Origin: Acidimicrobiia bacterium
Lineage (GTDB): Bacteria; Actinomycetota; Acidimicrobiia; Acidimicrobiales; CATQHL01
Assembly (NCBI GenBank): GCA_009840735.1
Contig: VXNF01000102.1
Location: 5,038 to 69,037, forward strand
Direction: 5' to 3'
Length of the DNA stretch: 64,000 nucleotides
Position numbers and translations under genes: made by a program. The notes beneath the pieces are model-generated. The model saw only the letters and a program-made list of their open reading frames with translations, was not told where the DNA came from and made no database searches. Shown in pieces: positions 47,456 to 60,067 of this stretch (positions within the stretch are counted from its first letter, which is position 1; every line of letters starts with the position of its first letter).

Positions 47456-48661
47456 TCAGATGATGCCGTCGGCGGCGAGTCGGGCCAGCTCGTCGGCGCC
47501 GAGGCCGAGGACGCCCGACAGGACCTCCTCGTTGTGCTGTCCGAGCTGCGGGCCGGGCCAGCGGAGCCGACCCGGCGTCTCGGACAGCTTCGGCACCACG
47601 TTCTGCATGGGCAGTTCGCCGATCTCCGGATGGGCCAGACGCACGATGGCCTCCCGAGCTGCGAAGTGGGCGTCGCGCAGCATCTCCGGCGCCCGGTAGA
47701 TGTGGCCGGTGGGCACCCCGTGGCGCTGGAGCACCTCATCGAGTTCCCCAGCGGCCAGGCCGGCGCTCCAGGCGGCGATCAGCTCGTCTAGCTCGCCCTG
47801 GTGGGCGCCGCGGGCCACATGCGTGGCGTAGCGCTCGTCTTCGGCTAGCTCGGGGCGTCCCATCGCCTCAGCCAGCCGACCGAAGACGGTGTCCTGGTTG
47901 GCGGCGATGATGACCATCTGACCGTCCGCGGTGGGATACACGTTCGAGGGTGCCACGTTGGGAATGATGGCCCCGCTGCGCTCACGTATGTATCCGGCCA
48001 CGGCGTACTCGGGTATGAGCGACTCCATGACCGCCAAGACGGCCTCGTAGATGGCCGAGTCCACGATCTGGCCCCGGCCGGTGCGCTGTCGGGCGTGCAG
48101 TGCGCACAGGGCGCCGAGGGAGGCGAACGTGGCCGCCAGCGTGTCCCCGATGCTGATGCCGACCCGGCTCGGCGGGGCGTCCGGGTCGCCGACCACATAG
48201 CGCAGCCCCCCCATGGCCTCTCCGACGGAGCCGTAGCCGGGACGCCCGGCGTAGGGACCGGTCTGGCCGAAGCCCGTGACCCGCACCAGGATCAGGCGCG
48301 GGTTGATAGCCGAGAGCTCCTCGTAGCCAAGCCCCCAGCGCTCCAGCGTTCCGGGCCGGAAGTTCTCCACCATGATGTCCGCGGTGGCCGCGAGCTGCCG
48401 CAGAATGTCCTGGCCACGGGGCTCGCGCAGGTTGAGCGTCAGCGACTTCTTGTTGCGGGCCACCACGGGCCACCACAGCGAGTGCCCGCCGGCGCGCTCG
48501 CGGCCCCACTGGCGCATGGGGTCGCCGACGCCCGGTTGCTCGATCTTGATGACCTCGGCGCCGAAGTCGGCTAGGAGCTGCCCGCAGAACGGCCCCGCTA
48601 GCAGGACGCCCGTCTCCAGGACGCGCAGACCATCGAGCGCCGGGGTCACGGGTTGCTCCAT
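47456..48661 (-). CDS. Family III CoA transferase (CaiB/BaiF)
   Basis: LDGLRVLE, AGPFC-LADFGAEVIKIE, RNKKS, ENFRPG, GFGQTGPY, P-LGQHN. Confidence 0.93.
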   Translation of the reverse strand: MEQPVTPALDGLRVLETGVLLAGPFCGQLLADFGAEVIKIEQPGVGDPMRQWGRERAGGHSLWWPVVARNKKSLTLNLREPRGQDILRQLAATADIMVENFRPGTLERWGLGYEELSAINPRLILVRVTGFGQTGPYAGRPGYGSVGEAMGGLRYVVGDPDAPPSRVGISIGDTLAATFASLGALCALHARQRTGRGQIVDSAIYEAVLAVMESLIPEYAVAGYIRERSGAIIPNVAPSNVYPTADGQMVIIAANQDTVFGRLAEAMGRPELAEDERYATHVARGAHQGELDELIAAWSAGLAAGELDEVLQRHGVPTGHIYRAPEMLRDAHFAAREAIVRLAHPEIGELPMQNVVPKLSETPGRLRWPGPQLGQHNEEVLSGVLGLGADELARLAADGII

Positions 48662-48688
48662 TTGCTGCTGCGTTCCCCGCACACGGTT

Positions 48689-48724
48689 CCTGATGGCCGC
48701 CCTGATGGCCCCCCTGATGGCCCT
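48689..48724. repeat. 12-bp tandem repeat x3 upstream of the CoA transferase
   Basis: cctgatggccgc cctgatggcccc cctgatggccct. Confidence 0.8.
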
Positions 48725-48879
48725 CAGCGGTACCATCGGCGCGGGTCACGCTAGGAGTGGGCGCCGGCGCCGTCAAGGTGCGCCGGGCGGCGCCCGCAGA
48801 GAGGCCGGCGACGTCACGGCAGGGCGCTGGCCGCCGGCGTAGACGAGGTCAACGCCGTGGTGGTCTGCTCGGACACCGG

Positions 48880-50013
48880 TCAGCGGGCTGGTACTGCGTC
48901 GGTCGTGACCTCTTGGGCGCGCCGCCAGCGCAGGTAGGCGGCGATGAAGTCCTCGAGGTCGCCGTCGAGGACCGCCTCGGGGTTGGACGTGGCGTGCTCG
49001 GTGCGCAGGTCCTTCACCATCTGGTAGGGGTAGAGCACGTAGGAGCGGATCTGGCTGCCGAAGCCCATCCGCTGGGCGGCACCGGCGATCTCGGCCACCT
49101 CCTGCTCGCGCTTGCGGCGCTCTAGGTCCAACAGCTTGGCGGCGAGCATCTGCATGGCGCGCTCGCGGTTCTGGTGCTGGCTGCGCTGAGCCTGGCTGGA
49201 GGTCACGAGACCGGTCGGCAGGTGGGTGATGCGCACCGCCGAGTCGGTGACGTTGACGTGCTGGCCGCCGGCGCCCGAGGAGCGGTAGGTGTCGATCCGC
49301 AGGTCACCCTCGTCGATCTCGACCTCCTTGGCCATCTCCGGGAAGAACGGCACCACCTTCACCGAGGCGAAGGCGGTCTGGCGCTTGCCCTCCTTGTTGA
49401 ACGGCGAGACACGCACCAGCCGGTGGATGCCGTGCTCGCTGCGCAGCAGCCCGTAGGCGTGGCGCCCCTTGACGCTGAACTCCGCCGAGGTGATGCCGGC
49501 CTCGCGGCCCTCGGTGACCGACTCCACCTCGAAGCTGAAGCCCCGCCGCTCGGCCCAGCGGCCGTACATGCGCAACAGCATGGACGCCCAGTCCTGGGAG
49601 TCGGTGCCGCCCTCGCCAGACTGGATGCCGCACACGGCGTCGCGCTCGTCGTAGGCGCCAGCGAGCAGCGACCGCAGCTCGAGGGCGTCGAAGTCCCCCC
49701 GCAGCGAAGCGACCGCCTCGGCGATCTCCGCCAGCACCGAATCGTCGTCCAACTCCACAGCCAACTGCCAGAGAGTGTCGGCGTCCTCCAGACGGGCCCC
49801 CAGACGCTCGCAGCGGTCGATGTCGTCGTTCACCGCCGCCAACTCTTGGGAGACCGAGCGCGCCCGCTCGGGGTCGTCCCAGAGCTCGGGGCGCGCCGCC
49901 TCGGCCTCCAAAGCCGGCCGCCGGGCGCGCAAGGCGGCGATGCCCAGATACTGCTCGGACTGCTCCAGGCGCCGGCGCAGCTCGGCCAACTCGTCGCTGA
50001 AGTCCTCTTTCAC
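48880..50013 (-). CDS. prfB: Peptide chain release factor 2
   Basis: GGTDSQDWA, HRLVRVSPF (SPF), GAGGQHVN, RSQHQN, GSQIRSYV. Confidence 0.97.
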   Translation of the reverse strand: MKEDFSDELAELRRRLEQSEQYLGIAALRARRPALEAEAARPELWDDPERARSVSQELAAVNDDIDRCERLGARLEDADTLWQLAVELDDDSVLAEIAEAVASLRGDFDALELRSLLAGAYDERDAVCGIQSGEGGTDSQDWASMLLRMYGRWAERRGFSFEVESVTEGREAGITSAEFSVKGRHAYGLLRSEHGIHRLVRVSPFNKEGKRQTAFASVKVVPFFPEMAKEVEIDEGDLRIDTYRSSGAGGQHVNVTDSAVRITHLPTGLVTSSQAQRSQHQNRERAMQMLAAKLLDLERRKREQEVAEIAGAAQRMGFGSQIRSYVLYPYQMVKDLRTEHATSNPEAVLDGDLEDFIAAYLRWRRAQEVTTDAVPAR

Positions 50014-50038
50014 GGGCGCACCGGCTGTGAGAGGTTCG

Positions 50039-52792
<2,754 letters not shown>

Positions 52793-52850
52793 GGCGCGGT
52801 GGAGTCTACGAAGCGGCGCGCCCGCTCACCGCGCCGGCAGTGCCCACCGC

Positions 52851-55406
52851 CTAGGCGCTGGCGGAGCCCGTGCTTCCGTTGCGGTGCGCCGCCGCCTGCT
52901 CGACGGCGAACTCCTGGGGCGTCATGAGCACCTCGCGGGCCTTGGAGCCTTCCGACGGCCCCACCACGCCGCGCTGCTCCAGCAGGTCCATGAGCCGCCC
53001 GGCGCGGGCGAAGCCCACCCGCAGTTTGCGTTGCAGCATGGAGGTGGAGCCGAGCTGGCTGTCCACCACCAGCTCCATGGCCGCCTCCAGCAGCTCATCG
53101 TCGTCGGGGTCGCCCGAGTCGCGACCGATCGGCAGCGTTGGCGTGGCCAAGTCCTCGGCTGTGATTGGCTCGTCCTCTGTCTGGCGCACGTTCTGGCGAC
53201 GCCAGACCGCCGTCACGCGGCGGATCTCCTCCTCGCTCACCCAGGCACCCTGGATGCGCTGGGGCGTCCCCGCAGTGCCGTCCAGCAGCAGCATGTCGCC
53301 GTGGCCCACGAGGCGCTCGGCGCCGGCCTGGTCCAAGATGACCCGGCTGTCGGTGAGGCTCGACACCGACAGCGCCATGCGAGCCGGGATGTTGGCTTTG
53401 ATGACGCCGGTGATGACGTTGGTGGAGGGTCGCTGCGTGGCGATCACGAGGTGGACGCCCACGGCGCGGGCCATTTGCGCCAGCCGCCAGATGGCGTCTT
53501 CCACCTCACGCGGCGCCACCATCATCAGATCCGAGAGCTCGTCCACCACGATGACGATGAACGGCAGCCGCTTCAGCGCCTCGTCCTCGTCGTCGGGTGC
53601 CCCCTCGCCCGCTGCCTCCTCGCCCGCCGCCAGCGACGCCTCATACATCTCGTTGTATCCGGTGATGTCACGGCAGCCCACCCGTGACAGCAGCTCGTAG
53701 CGGCGCTCCATCTCCCGCACGGCCCAGCCGAGCGCGTTGGCCGCCTTCTTGGGATCGATGACCGGCTGGGTCAGCAGATGCGGCACGTTGGCGTACTGCC
53801 GCATCTCCACCATCTTGGGATCGACGAGGATCAGCCGCACCTGATCGGGGGTGCAGCGCATGAGGATCGTCGTGATGATCGAGTTGATGCTGGAGGACTT
53901 GCCCGACCCGGTGGCCCCGGCGATGAGGATGTGCGGCATCCGCCCCAGGTTGGCCATAACTGCCTGCCCGGTGATGTCGCGCCCGATGGCCACGTCGAGG
54001 GGGTGGCCGGCGCCCAGGCCATCCTCGGAGGCCAGGATGTCGCCCAAGGTGACCGTGCAACGCGCCGGGTTCGGGACCTCCACGCCGATGGCCTGCCGGC
54101 CGGGTATGGGCGCCAGGATGCGCACCTCCGCCGACGCCAAGGCGTAGGCGATGTCGCGGGACAGCGCGGTGATCCGAGCCACCTTCACGCCCTCCGCCAG
54201 GACCAGCTCGTAGCGGCTGACCGTCGGGCCGACTACTACGTCGGCCAGCGTGGCCTCCACACCGTGGGCGGCCAACGCCGCCTCCAGGGACCGGCCGCGC
54301 TCGGCAATGAGACGACCGTCCACTTCTTGGGCGGGCGTGCGCTTCAGGATCCCCAGGTTGGGGCGGCGCCATTGGCCGCTGTCGTCGCCTTCGGTCGGCA
54401 GTTCGGCCGGCGGTTCGGGCGCGGCTAGCGGGCGCGAGGCTCTGCGCCGGGGGGCGGGGGCTGCCTCGGGAGCCGCGGCGGCATCACTCGCAGCCAGGTC
54501 GGCCGCGCCGCCGGCTAAGCCCCTGTTCGTCGGCGGCGGACCGCCCGAGAGCGGCGCCGCGGCGGGCAGCGGAACCGGCGCGGCGACGGGGGCCGGCTGC
54601 GGAGGCTGGCTGAGACGAATCGTCTCGTCGGGCTCGTCGCCGGCCGACTCGGCGTCTCGCTCTCGACGCCGCTCGCCAGCGACGAGGCGCCCCAGGGCGG
54701 CCGAGGCGGGGCCGGTGCGCCGGAGCGCCCGCCACACTCCCAGCCCGACGGTGCGCAGCGACATGCCGCTGAGCGCCAGCCAACCCAGCAGGCCCACCGC
54801 CACCAATATGACGACCGCGCCGGCCAGCCCGGCCAGCAGCGCCAGCGCCCCGCCGCCGGCGAACCCCACGTAGCCCCCGGCACCCTCGAAGTCGCCCAAG
54901 GCGTCGCCCCAGGTCGGCCGTCCCGCCGCCAGGTGAAGGATGCCTGCGAGCGCCACCATGACCAGGCCGGCGCCTAGGATCCGCACCGCCGGGGAGCGGT
55001 CGGGCTCAGCCGGCTCGCTCTCGTGTTCCGGCGGCTCGCCCTTTGGCTCGCCCCGCTCGCCGCGGGATCGGCCCGAGACCAGCAGCACACCGGTGGCCGC
55101 CAGCGCTGGCGGCACCAGCAGGCGGCCCCAGCCGAAGATCGCGCCCGAAGCCCGCCGGAACGCCGTGCCCACGAGCCCGCCGACGCCGCCGTAGATGCCC
55201 AAGGCGCACAGCAGCGCCAGCACGAAGGCCGCCAGCGCCCAAATCTCGGCCCGATACGCCCGGTAGAAGCGCGCGAACGCCGACGGCTCCTCGTCCGGGG
55301 CGTCGCTGCCCGGCTGGCGTGCCGGCGGCTTCGATCCGGCTGCAGGCGGGCTTGAGCGGCGTGCGGGCGCGCCAGAACCGCTGGCTTCCGAAGTGGACTT
55401 TGCCAT
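52851..55406 (-). CDS. ftsK: DNA translocase FtsK/SpoIIIE
   Basis: N-terminal TM segments, GVEVPN, PHILIAGATGSGKS, DPKMVE, ATQRPS, gamma domain STSMLQRKLRVGFARAGRLMD. Start uncertain (55406-55463). Confidence 0.96.
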   Translation of the reverse strand: MAKSTSEASGSGAPARRSSPPAAGSKPPARQPGSDAPDEEPSAFARFYRAYRAEIWALAAFVLALLCALGIYGGVGGLVGTAFRRASGAIFGWGRLLVPPALAATGVLLVSGRSRGERGEPKGEPPEHESEPAEPDRSPAVRILGAGLVMVALAGILHLAAGRPTWGDALGDFEGAGGYVGFAGGGALALLAGLAGAVVILVAVGLLGWLALSGMSLRTVGLGVWRALRRTGPASAALGRLVAGERRRERDAESAGDEPDETIRLSQPPQPAPVAAPVPLPAAAPLSGGPPPTNRGLAGGAADLAASDAAAAPEAAPAPRRRASRPLAAPEPPAELPTEGDDSGQWRRPNLGILKRTPAQEVDGRLIAERGRSLEAALAAHGVEATLADVVVGPTVSRYELVLAEGVKVARITALSRDIAYALASAEVRILAPIPGRQAIGVEVPNPARCTVTLGDILASEDGLGAGHPLDVAIGRDITGQAVMANLGRMPHILIAGATGSGKSSSINSIITTILMRCTPDQVRLILVDPKMVEMRQYANVPHLLTQPVIDPKKAANALGWAVREMERRYELLSRVGCRDITGYNEMYEASLAAGEEAAGEGAPDDEDEALKRLPFIVIVVDELSDLMMVAPREVEDAIWRLAQMARAVGVHLVIATQRPSTNVITGVIKANIPARMALSVSSLTDSRVILDQAGAERLVGHGDMLLLDGTAGTPQRIQGAWVSEEEIRRVTAVWRRQNVRQTEDEPITAEDLATPTLPIGRDSGDPDDDELLEAAMELVVDSQLGSTSMLQRKLRVGFARAGRLMDLLEQRGVVGPSEGSKAREVLMTPQEFAVEQAAAHRNGSTGSASA

Positions 55407-55587
55407 CGTTGCCAACATTAGCACCACGGGCCACAGCAGCCCCGCGCCGTCGGTGGCGGGCATGGCGCTTCGCCCGGGGCGCCAAGGTCAGCTTCGATCC
55501 GTTATCGAGCTCCCCTCGGGCCAGCGGTAGCCGGTGGACCGGCGCGCCAAGCTGGCCCGCCGCGTCAGGGCTCTTCGGCGGCGGGGC

Positions 55588-55881
55588 TCAGTACTCGAAC
55601 TGCACCGCGGCCCGCTCGGCCAGGATCGGGCGCACCCGCGAGGCGATGAAGGCTTGATGGCCGGCGTCGTCGCGGTAGGAGACGAACCCCGCTTCGTCGT
55701 CGAAGTCCACGGTCACGGCGTAGTCGTGGTTGCCGGCGTTGATGGCGGCATCGGCGCCGTGGGCGTAGCTTCGCACCGCCTCGTGGGTCTCGAGCAGTTC
55801 CGCTAGACCCTCCTGGAAGGCCGCCCGCTTGGCGTCGTCAACCTCGTCGTTCCACTTGAACAGCACGCAATGGCGGATCAT
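55588..55881 (-). CDS. Dabb family (stress-responsive A/B barrel) protein
   Basis: MIRHCVLFKW, DYAVTVDF, Y-H-F pattern. Confidence 0.85.
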   Translation of the reverse strand: MIRHCVLFKWNDEVDDAKRAAFQEGLAELLETHEAVRSYAHGADAAINAGNHDYAVTVDFDDEAGFVSYRDDAGHQAFIASRVRPILAERAAVQFEY

Positions 55882-55961
55882 GGCCGCTCCTTCGCTCGGG
55901 GCCGGATTACCCCGCGAGGATAAACTGCCCCGGCACCCAGCGCCGCCGAGAGCGACCGACC

Positions 55962-57323
55962 ATGAGCACACCGGGAACCAGCGACACCGCCCCCCGCACC
56001 GGCGGCGGCGAGGTCCTCATCACCGGGGGCACCCTCATCGACGCCACCGGCGCCCCGGCGCGACCCAATCCGGGCGTGCTGCTGCGCGGCGACAACATCG
56101 AGGTCGTGGGGCCAACCGGCGCCGACGCCGCCAGCGTTGACGCCGAGCTCATCGACGCCACCGGCCGGACGGTGATGCCAGGGCTCATCGACGCCCACTG
56201 CCACGCCACCTTCGACGACGTGCAGTCCAACGACGAGCTGTTCTTCCACCGCGACGCCGCCACCGCCGCGCTCGTGGCGGGCCAGAACCTCACCAAGCTG
56301 CTGCGGGCGGGCGTCACTGCCTACTGCGACCCCGACACCCTGTTCTCGATGGGGCCGTCGCTTCGCAACGCCGTCGAGGCGGGCGTCGTGGCGGGCCCGC
56401 GCATCAGCACCGGCGTGCAGGCGCTCGTCACCGCCGTCGGCGGCACGGCCGGGCGGCTCATCCCCGACGAGGGCGTGGTGGGCTACGCCCAGGTCGTCAA
56501 CTCGCTGGACGAGGCGGTCATGTGGACCCGCCGGCACATCAAGTACGGCGCCGATTGGATCAAGGTCCACGCCACCGGGCTGGTGCCGGGGCGGTCCGGT
56601 GAGGTGCTGGTCTGGAGCCGCGACGAGCTGCGGGCGGTCTGCGACACGGCGCACGAGCTGGGCACCTCGGTGATGGCGCACTGCCGCAGTCCCGAGAGCA
56701 TCACCGCCTGCGCCGAGGCTGGCGTGGACATACTGCTGCACGCCTCGTTCATGGACGACGAGGGGCTCGAGGCGGTCATCGAATCCGGCAGCGCCCTCTG
56801 CCCCACCTTCACGTTCCTGGCCAACCTGGCGGACTTCGGCACCTCGGTGGGCGCCGGCGCCGGCATGGAGGACATCTTCCGGGGCGAGATCGCCGCCACC
56901 GCCAAGATGATGCGGGCCGCCTACGACGCGGGCGTACCGCTGCTGTGCGGCTCCGAGGCCGGCTTCGCCCTCACGCCGTACGGGCACTGGCACGGACGGG
57001 AGGCCGAGATCCTTGTGGACGAGCTGGGCCTCAGCCCCATGGAGGCCATCGTCTGCGCAACCGCCAACGGGGCGATCGCCATGCGGCTCGAAGGCCGCAT
57101 CGGCACCGTTGCCGAAGGCCGCCTGGCCGACGTGTTGGTGCTCGACGGCGACCCGCTGGCCGACATCCGGCTCCTGAACGACCGCAGCCGCATCGTCGAG
57201 GTCGTCAGCCGCGGCCGGCGGGTGGACCTCAGCGGACCGTGGCCAGAGCACGGGCCGATCCCCGGCGCCAAGGTCCGCAACTGGGCCGAGGAGATCCTCA
57301 CCTACGAGCGGGCCTACCGCTGA
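55962..57323 (+). CDS. Metal-dependent amidohydrolase (prolidase/imidazolonepropionase-like)
   Basis: MPGLIDAHCH, GADWIK, VMAH, G-IG-GRLADVLVLDGDPL-DI. Confidence 0.9.
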   Translation: MSTPGTSDTAPRTGGGEVLITGGTLIDATGAPARPNPGVLLRGDNIEVVGPTGADAASVDAELIDATGRTVMPGLIDAHCHATFDDVQSNDELFFHRDAATAALVAGQNLTKLLRAGVTAYCDPDTLFSMGPSLRNAVEAGVVAGPRISTGVQALVTAVGGTAGRLIPDEGVVGYAQVVNSLDEAVMWTRRHIKYGADWIKVHATGLVPGRSGEVLVWSRDELRAVCDTAHELGTSVMAHCRSPESITACAEAGVDILLHASFMDDEGLEAVIESGSALCPTFTFLANLADFGTSVGAGAGMEDIFRGEIAATAKMMRAAYDAGVPLLCGSEAGFALTPYGHWHGREAEILVDELGLSPMEAIVCATANGAIAMRLEGRIGTVAEGRLADVLVLDGDPLADIRLLNDRSRIVEVVSRGRRVDLSGPWPEHGPIPGAKVRNWAEEILTYERAYR

Positions 57324-57396
57324 GGCGCCGGCCGAACACGGCCATCGCGCAACCCGCTGTGTCTCGCGGCGCGGGTGGTCGGACTGGGGAAGGCTG

Positions 57397-57633
57397 ATGC
57401 TGGAGTACAAGGGTTACCGCGGCGAGGTGGTCTACGACGACGACGCCGAGGTACTGCACGCGAGAGTGGTCAACAGCGGCGCCTATCCCGTCGCGAACGC
57501 CGAAGCGGCCGACGTGGAAGGCATCAAGCGGGAGTTTCGGAGATCGATCGACGTCTATCTCGCGGGATGCTCCGAACTCGGCATCGATCCCGTGCAGCCA
57601 TCAGCAGTACCGCTGCGGGCCCGCGCGAGTTGA
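57397..57633 (+). CDS. hicB: HicB-family antitoxin, short form, with no adjacent hicA
   Basis: MLEYKGYRGEVVYD-LHARV, FRRSIDVYL-C-ELGIDP. Confidence 0.8.
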   Translation: MLEYKGYRGEVVYDDDAEVLHARVVNSGAYPVANAEAADVEGIKREFRRSIDVYLAGCSELGIDPVQPSAVPLRARAS

Positions 57634-57778
57634 CGCTCTGCTGATGCCGTCGCAGAACGCCGTAGGCGACGCCGTTGCACCCGTGCCAGCTGAGTGAGCC
57701 TGCGCCGATTTGTGGGCAGGGGCTGCTGAAGGGTGACAGCGAGCAAACTGTCGCCCGATGGATTCCGACGGTGGAGCA

Positions 57779-57889
57779 GGCTTCCGACAACTAGTCCTCA
57801 CCATCCTCCCGTGACCTCAAGGACCCGGACGCCGCGGCGCCGGGACCGGACCGGCTTCCGACAACTAGTCCTGACCATCCTCCCGTGAC
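57779..57889. repeat. Two 37-bp direct repeats (1 mismatch) separated by a 37-bp unique spacer
   Basis: ggcttccgacaactagtcct(c/g)accatcctcccgtgac at 57779-57815 and 57853-57889. Confidence 0.9.
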
Positions 57890-58050
57890 TCCCGAGCAGT
57901 CGCCTGCGATCGCTTCTCAACGATCGGGGCGCTGCGGCGGCCGTGCAGCGCGCTCCCGGAGGTTCGCCGCTGTCCGCCGGGCCGCCTGAATCCGATTTGT
58001 GGATAGATCACAATATATTTAGTTGCTCTGACATACAGATGTTGTGGCCA

Positions 58051-58072
58051 TGTCACACCCATGTTCTAGATT
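58051..58072 (+). promoter_or_regulatory. PafBC/RecA-NDp-like promoter motif upstream of the DUF222 gene
   Basis: TGTCAC-N10-TAGATT within an AT-rich stretch. Confidence 0.45.
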
Positions 58073-58136
58073 GCAGTCAAGTACTGAACAGCGTCGCCCG
58101 CCGCCGGAGGGGGCGGGGCACCGGGGATCGATAAGG

Positions 58137-59147
58137 ATGGTCGAGGGCGAGATGGCGAAGGACACGACCAGCGGCGGCGGGGCCAGCGCCGGCGTGACGG
58201 GCGGGGACCCGAGGAGCGGCGTCGTCGCGGCGGTCGGCGGATCCCGCGAGTGGGACCTGTTGGGAAAGTGGCTGTCCGCTCCGGCGGAGTCGCTGCGGGA
58301 GATTGATCTGGCGGTGTTGCGGGAGCGATTGTCGTACATCGGGCGGGCGCGGGCGGCGATCGCCGCGTGCGAGGCTCTGGTGGTCTCCGAGGTGGCGCGA
58401 CGGGAGGGCGAGCGCGCCGCCGAGGAGATGCTGCGCCAGGGCCAGAAGCGCTCCCGCTCCGCCGCCCGCAAGACCGTGAGGTCCGCGGGTCAGCTCGAGT
58501 GGTCCCCCGATGTGGCTGACAAGCTCGCCGCGGGCGCGATCACCGCGGAGGCAGCGGGGATGATCCTCGACGCCGCCGCCGAGGCGACCCTGGACCGCCG
58601 CGCGCTGCTCGACGCCGCCGAGGCCGAGCCCGCCGACGAGCTACGCCGCACGATCAAGCAGATGCTCAACAACGTCACCACCGCGCAGCAGCTCGAGGAG
58701 CGGCGCGCCGCCCAGCGTCGGCGGCGACGCGCCTCAATCAGCGAGCAGGACGACGGCATGTACCACCTGTTCGCGCAGTTCGACCCGCTCACCGGCAACA
58801 GGGTCCGTAGCGCGCTGCTGGCCACGAGCGACAAGCTGTACCGCTCCGAGGACTCCGAGGACCGCCCGACGCCCGCCCAGCGCTCCGCGGACGCGCTCGC
58901 AGAACTCATTTGCGACAGCAGCGCCACCCGCCGCGGCGTGCGGCACTGCGCGCGGGCAACGCCGTCACGATCACTGTCGCTCGCCCGCTGGCACCGCCGC
59001 GCGCCGCGCCGGGGCACCGGCCGAGCGCAAGGCGCGGGGGCCGCTCAGGCCGTCGGGGCCGTCGGAGGCGCCATGCCGGGAGGGAGTTTCATGCCCGCAG
59101 GGAGTCGGCCGCGCATCCTCGCGTCGGTGGCGGAATCCTCCTCGTAG
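58137..59147 (+). pseudogene. DUF222 (13E12-repeat/Rv1128c-like) protein, apparently truncated before the HNH nuclease domain
   Basis: L-AGAIT, QRRRR-S-DDGM-FDPLTG, TPAQRSADALAELI. After about 58930 the frame reads as non-coding filler with no C-x-PGC or H-H-x-W HNH motif. Confidence 0.7.
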
Positions 59148-59242
59148 AAGCGCACCGTGCATCGCCGCGGGGGCTCGCCCAGCGCCACCAGGACCGTCTG
59201 CTGCTGCTCGTACGAGACCCTCAGGCCAGGGTCATTCGTCAT
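59045..59242 (-). CDS. Small hypothetical protein overlapping the DUF3467 gene end
   Basis: MTNDPGLRVSYEQQQTVLVALG..., preceded by GGAGGTG. Overlaps the upstream gene by 11 bp. Confidence 0.45.
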   Translation of the reverse strand: MTNDPGLRVSYEQQQTVLVALGEPPRRCTVRFYEEDSATDARMRGRLPAGMKLPPGMAPPTAPTA

Positions 59243-59543
59243 CGCCGGGCACCTCCCACCACGAGCCATCGCGCAGGCTCTCGGACTGCTGTCGCTCGAA
59301 AATTGAGAAATCCTCATTGAGCACGTCGATCAATTGTGCCACAAACATCGGAGACATATTGACCCGCTGCACAAGCACGCCCCGCACCGGCGACTCGCCC
59401 TTGAAGTCCAGACGGACAAAGTCGAGCGTGAATTCATACGGTGAGTGTCGAATCGTCGCGAAATTTGCCCACACCCCGCTCTCCAGGTCACCTGGAATGC
59501 GGACATCGAACCGTGGTCTAGCTGCTTTATTCATCAGTGTCAT
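59232..59543 (-). CDS. DUF3467 domain protein
   Basis: GVWANF-I-HSPYEFTLDF, RVNMSP pattern. Confidence 0.75.
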   Translation of the reverse strand: MTLMNKAARPRFDVRIPGDLESGVWANFATIRHSPYEFTLDFVRLDFKGESPVRGVLVQRVNMSPMFVAQLIDVLNEDFSIFERQQSESLRDGSWWEVPGDDE

Positions 59544-59605
59544 AGCTTATCATGATGTTTCCATCATAGCAACATCGGCCGCGCCGGCCGTCGGTGTCTC
59601 GTCGC

Positions 59606-60067
59606 TCAGAGGACGTGGCGGGTGGTTTCATGCACGGTTCGGATGGCGAAACTGGACCGCAGGCGGGCCACTCCGGTGAACCGCGTCAGGTAGCGGTTGA
59701 AGATGCGTTCGAAGTCTCGCTGATCCTTCACCGCTAGGTGCAGCAGGTAGTCGGCGTCGCCGGCCACGAGGTGGCACGACATCAGCTCGGGGCAGTCCCC
59801 CACCTCTGACTCGAAGAGCTTCAGCGACTCCTTGCTCTGGCTGAGGAGCGACACCTCCACGAACACGTCCACGTCGCGCCCGATCGCTCGGCGGTTGACG
59901 ATCATCACGTAGCCGTCGATGACGCCTTCGGCCTCCAAGCGGCGTACCCGGCGGTGACAGGCCGAGGCGGAGAGCCCGACGCGGGCCGCCAGTTCGGCGT
60001 GCGAGACCCGTCCGTCGAGCTGCAGCTCGTTCAGGATCTGAAGATCGATGGCGTCCAGTGAGTTCAC
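59606..60067 (-). CDS. Lrp/AsnC family regulator, divergent from ald (AldR-like)
   Basis: LDAIDLQILNELQ-DGR-S-ELA-VGLS-S-C-RRV-LE-GVI-GY, G-DYLL. Confidence 0.93.
   Translation of the reverse strand: MNSLDAIDLQILNELQLDGRVSHAELAARVGLSASACHRRVRRLEAEGVIDGYVMIVNRRAIGRDVDVFVEVSLLSQSKESLKLFESEVGDCPELMSCHLVAGDADYLLHLAVKDQRDFERIFNRYLTRFTGVARLRSSFAIRTVHETTRHVL

Noticed and set aside
48880..50013. Programmed +1 frameshift in prfB
   Set aside because: The ORF is continuous from a plausible start, which is normal for actinobacteria.
57779..57889. Bona fide CRISPR array
   Set aside because: Only two repeats, no clear palindrome and no cas genes in the window. Kept as a repeat and a finding only.
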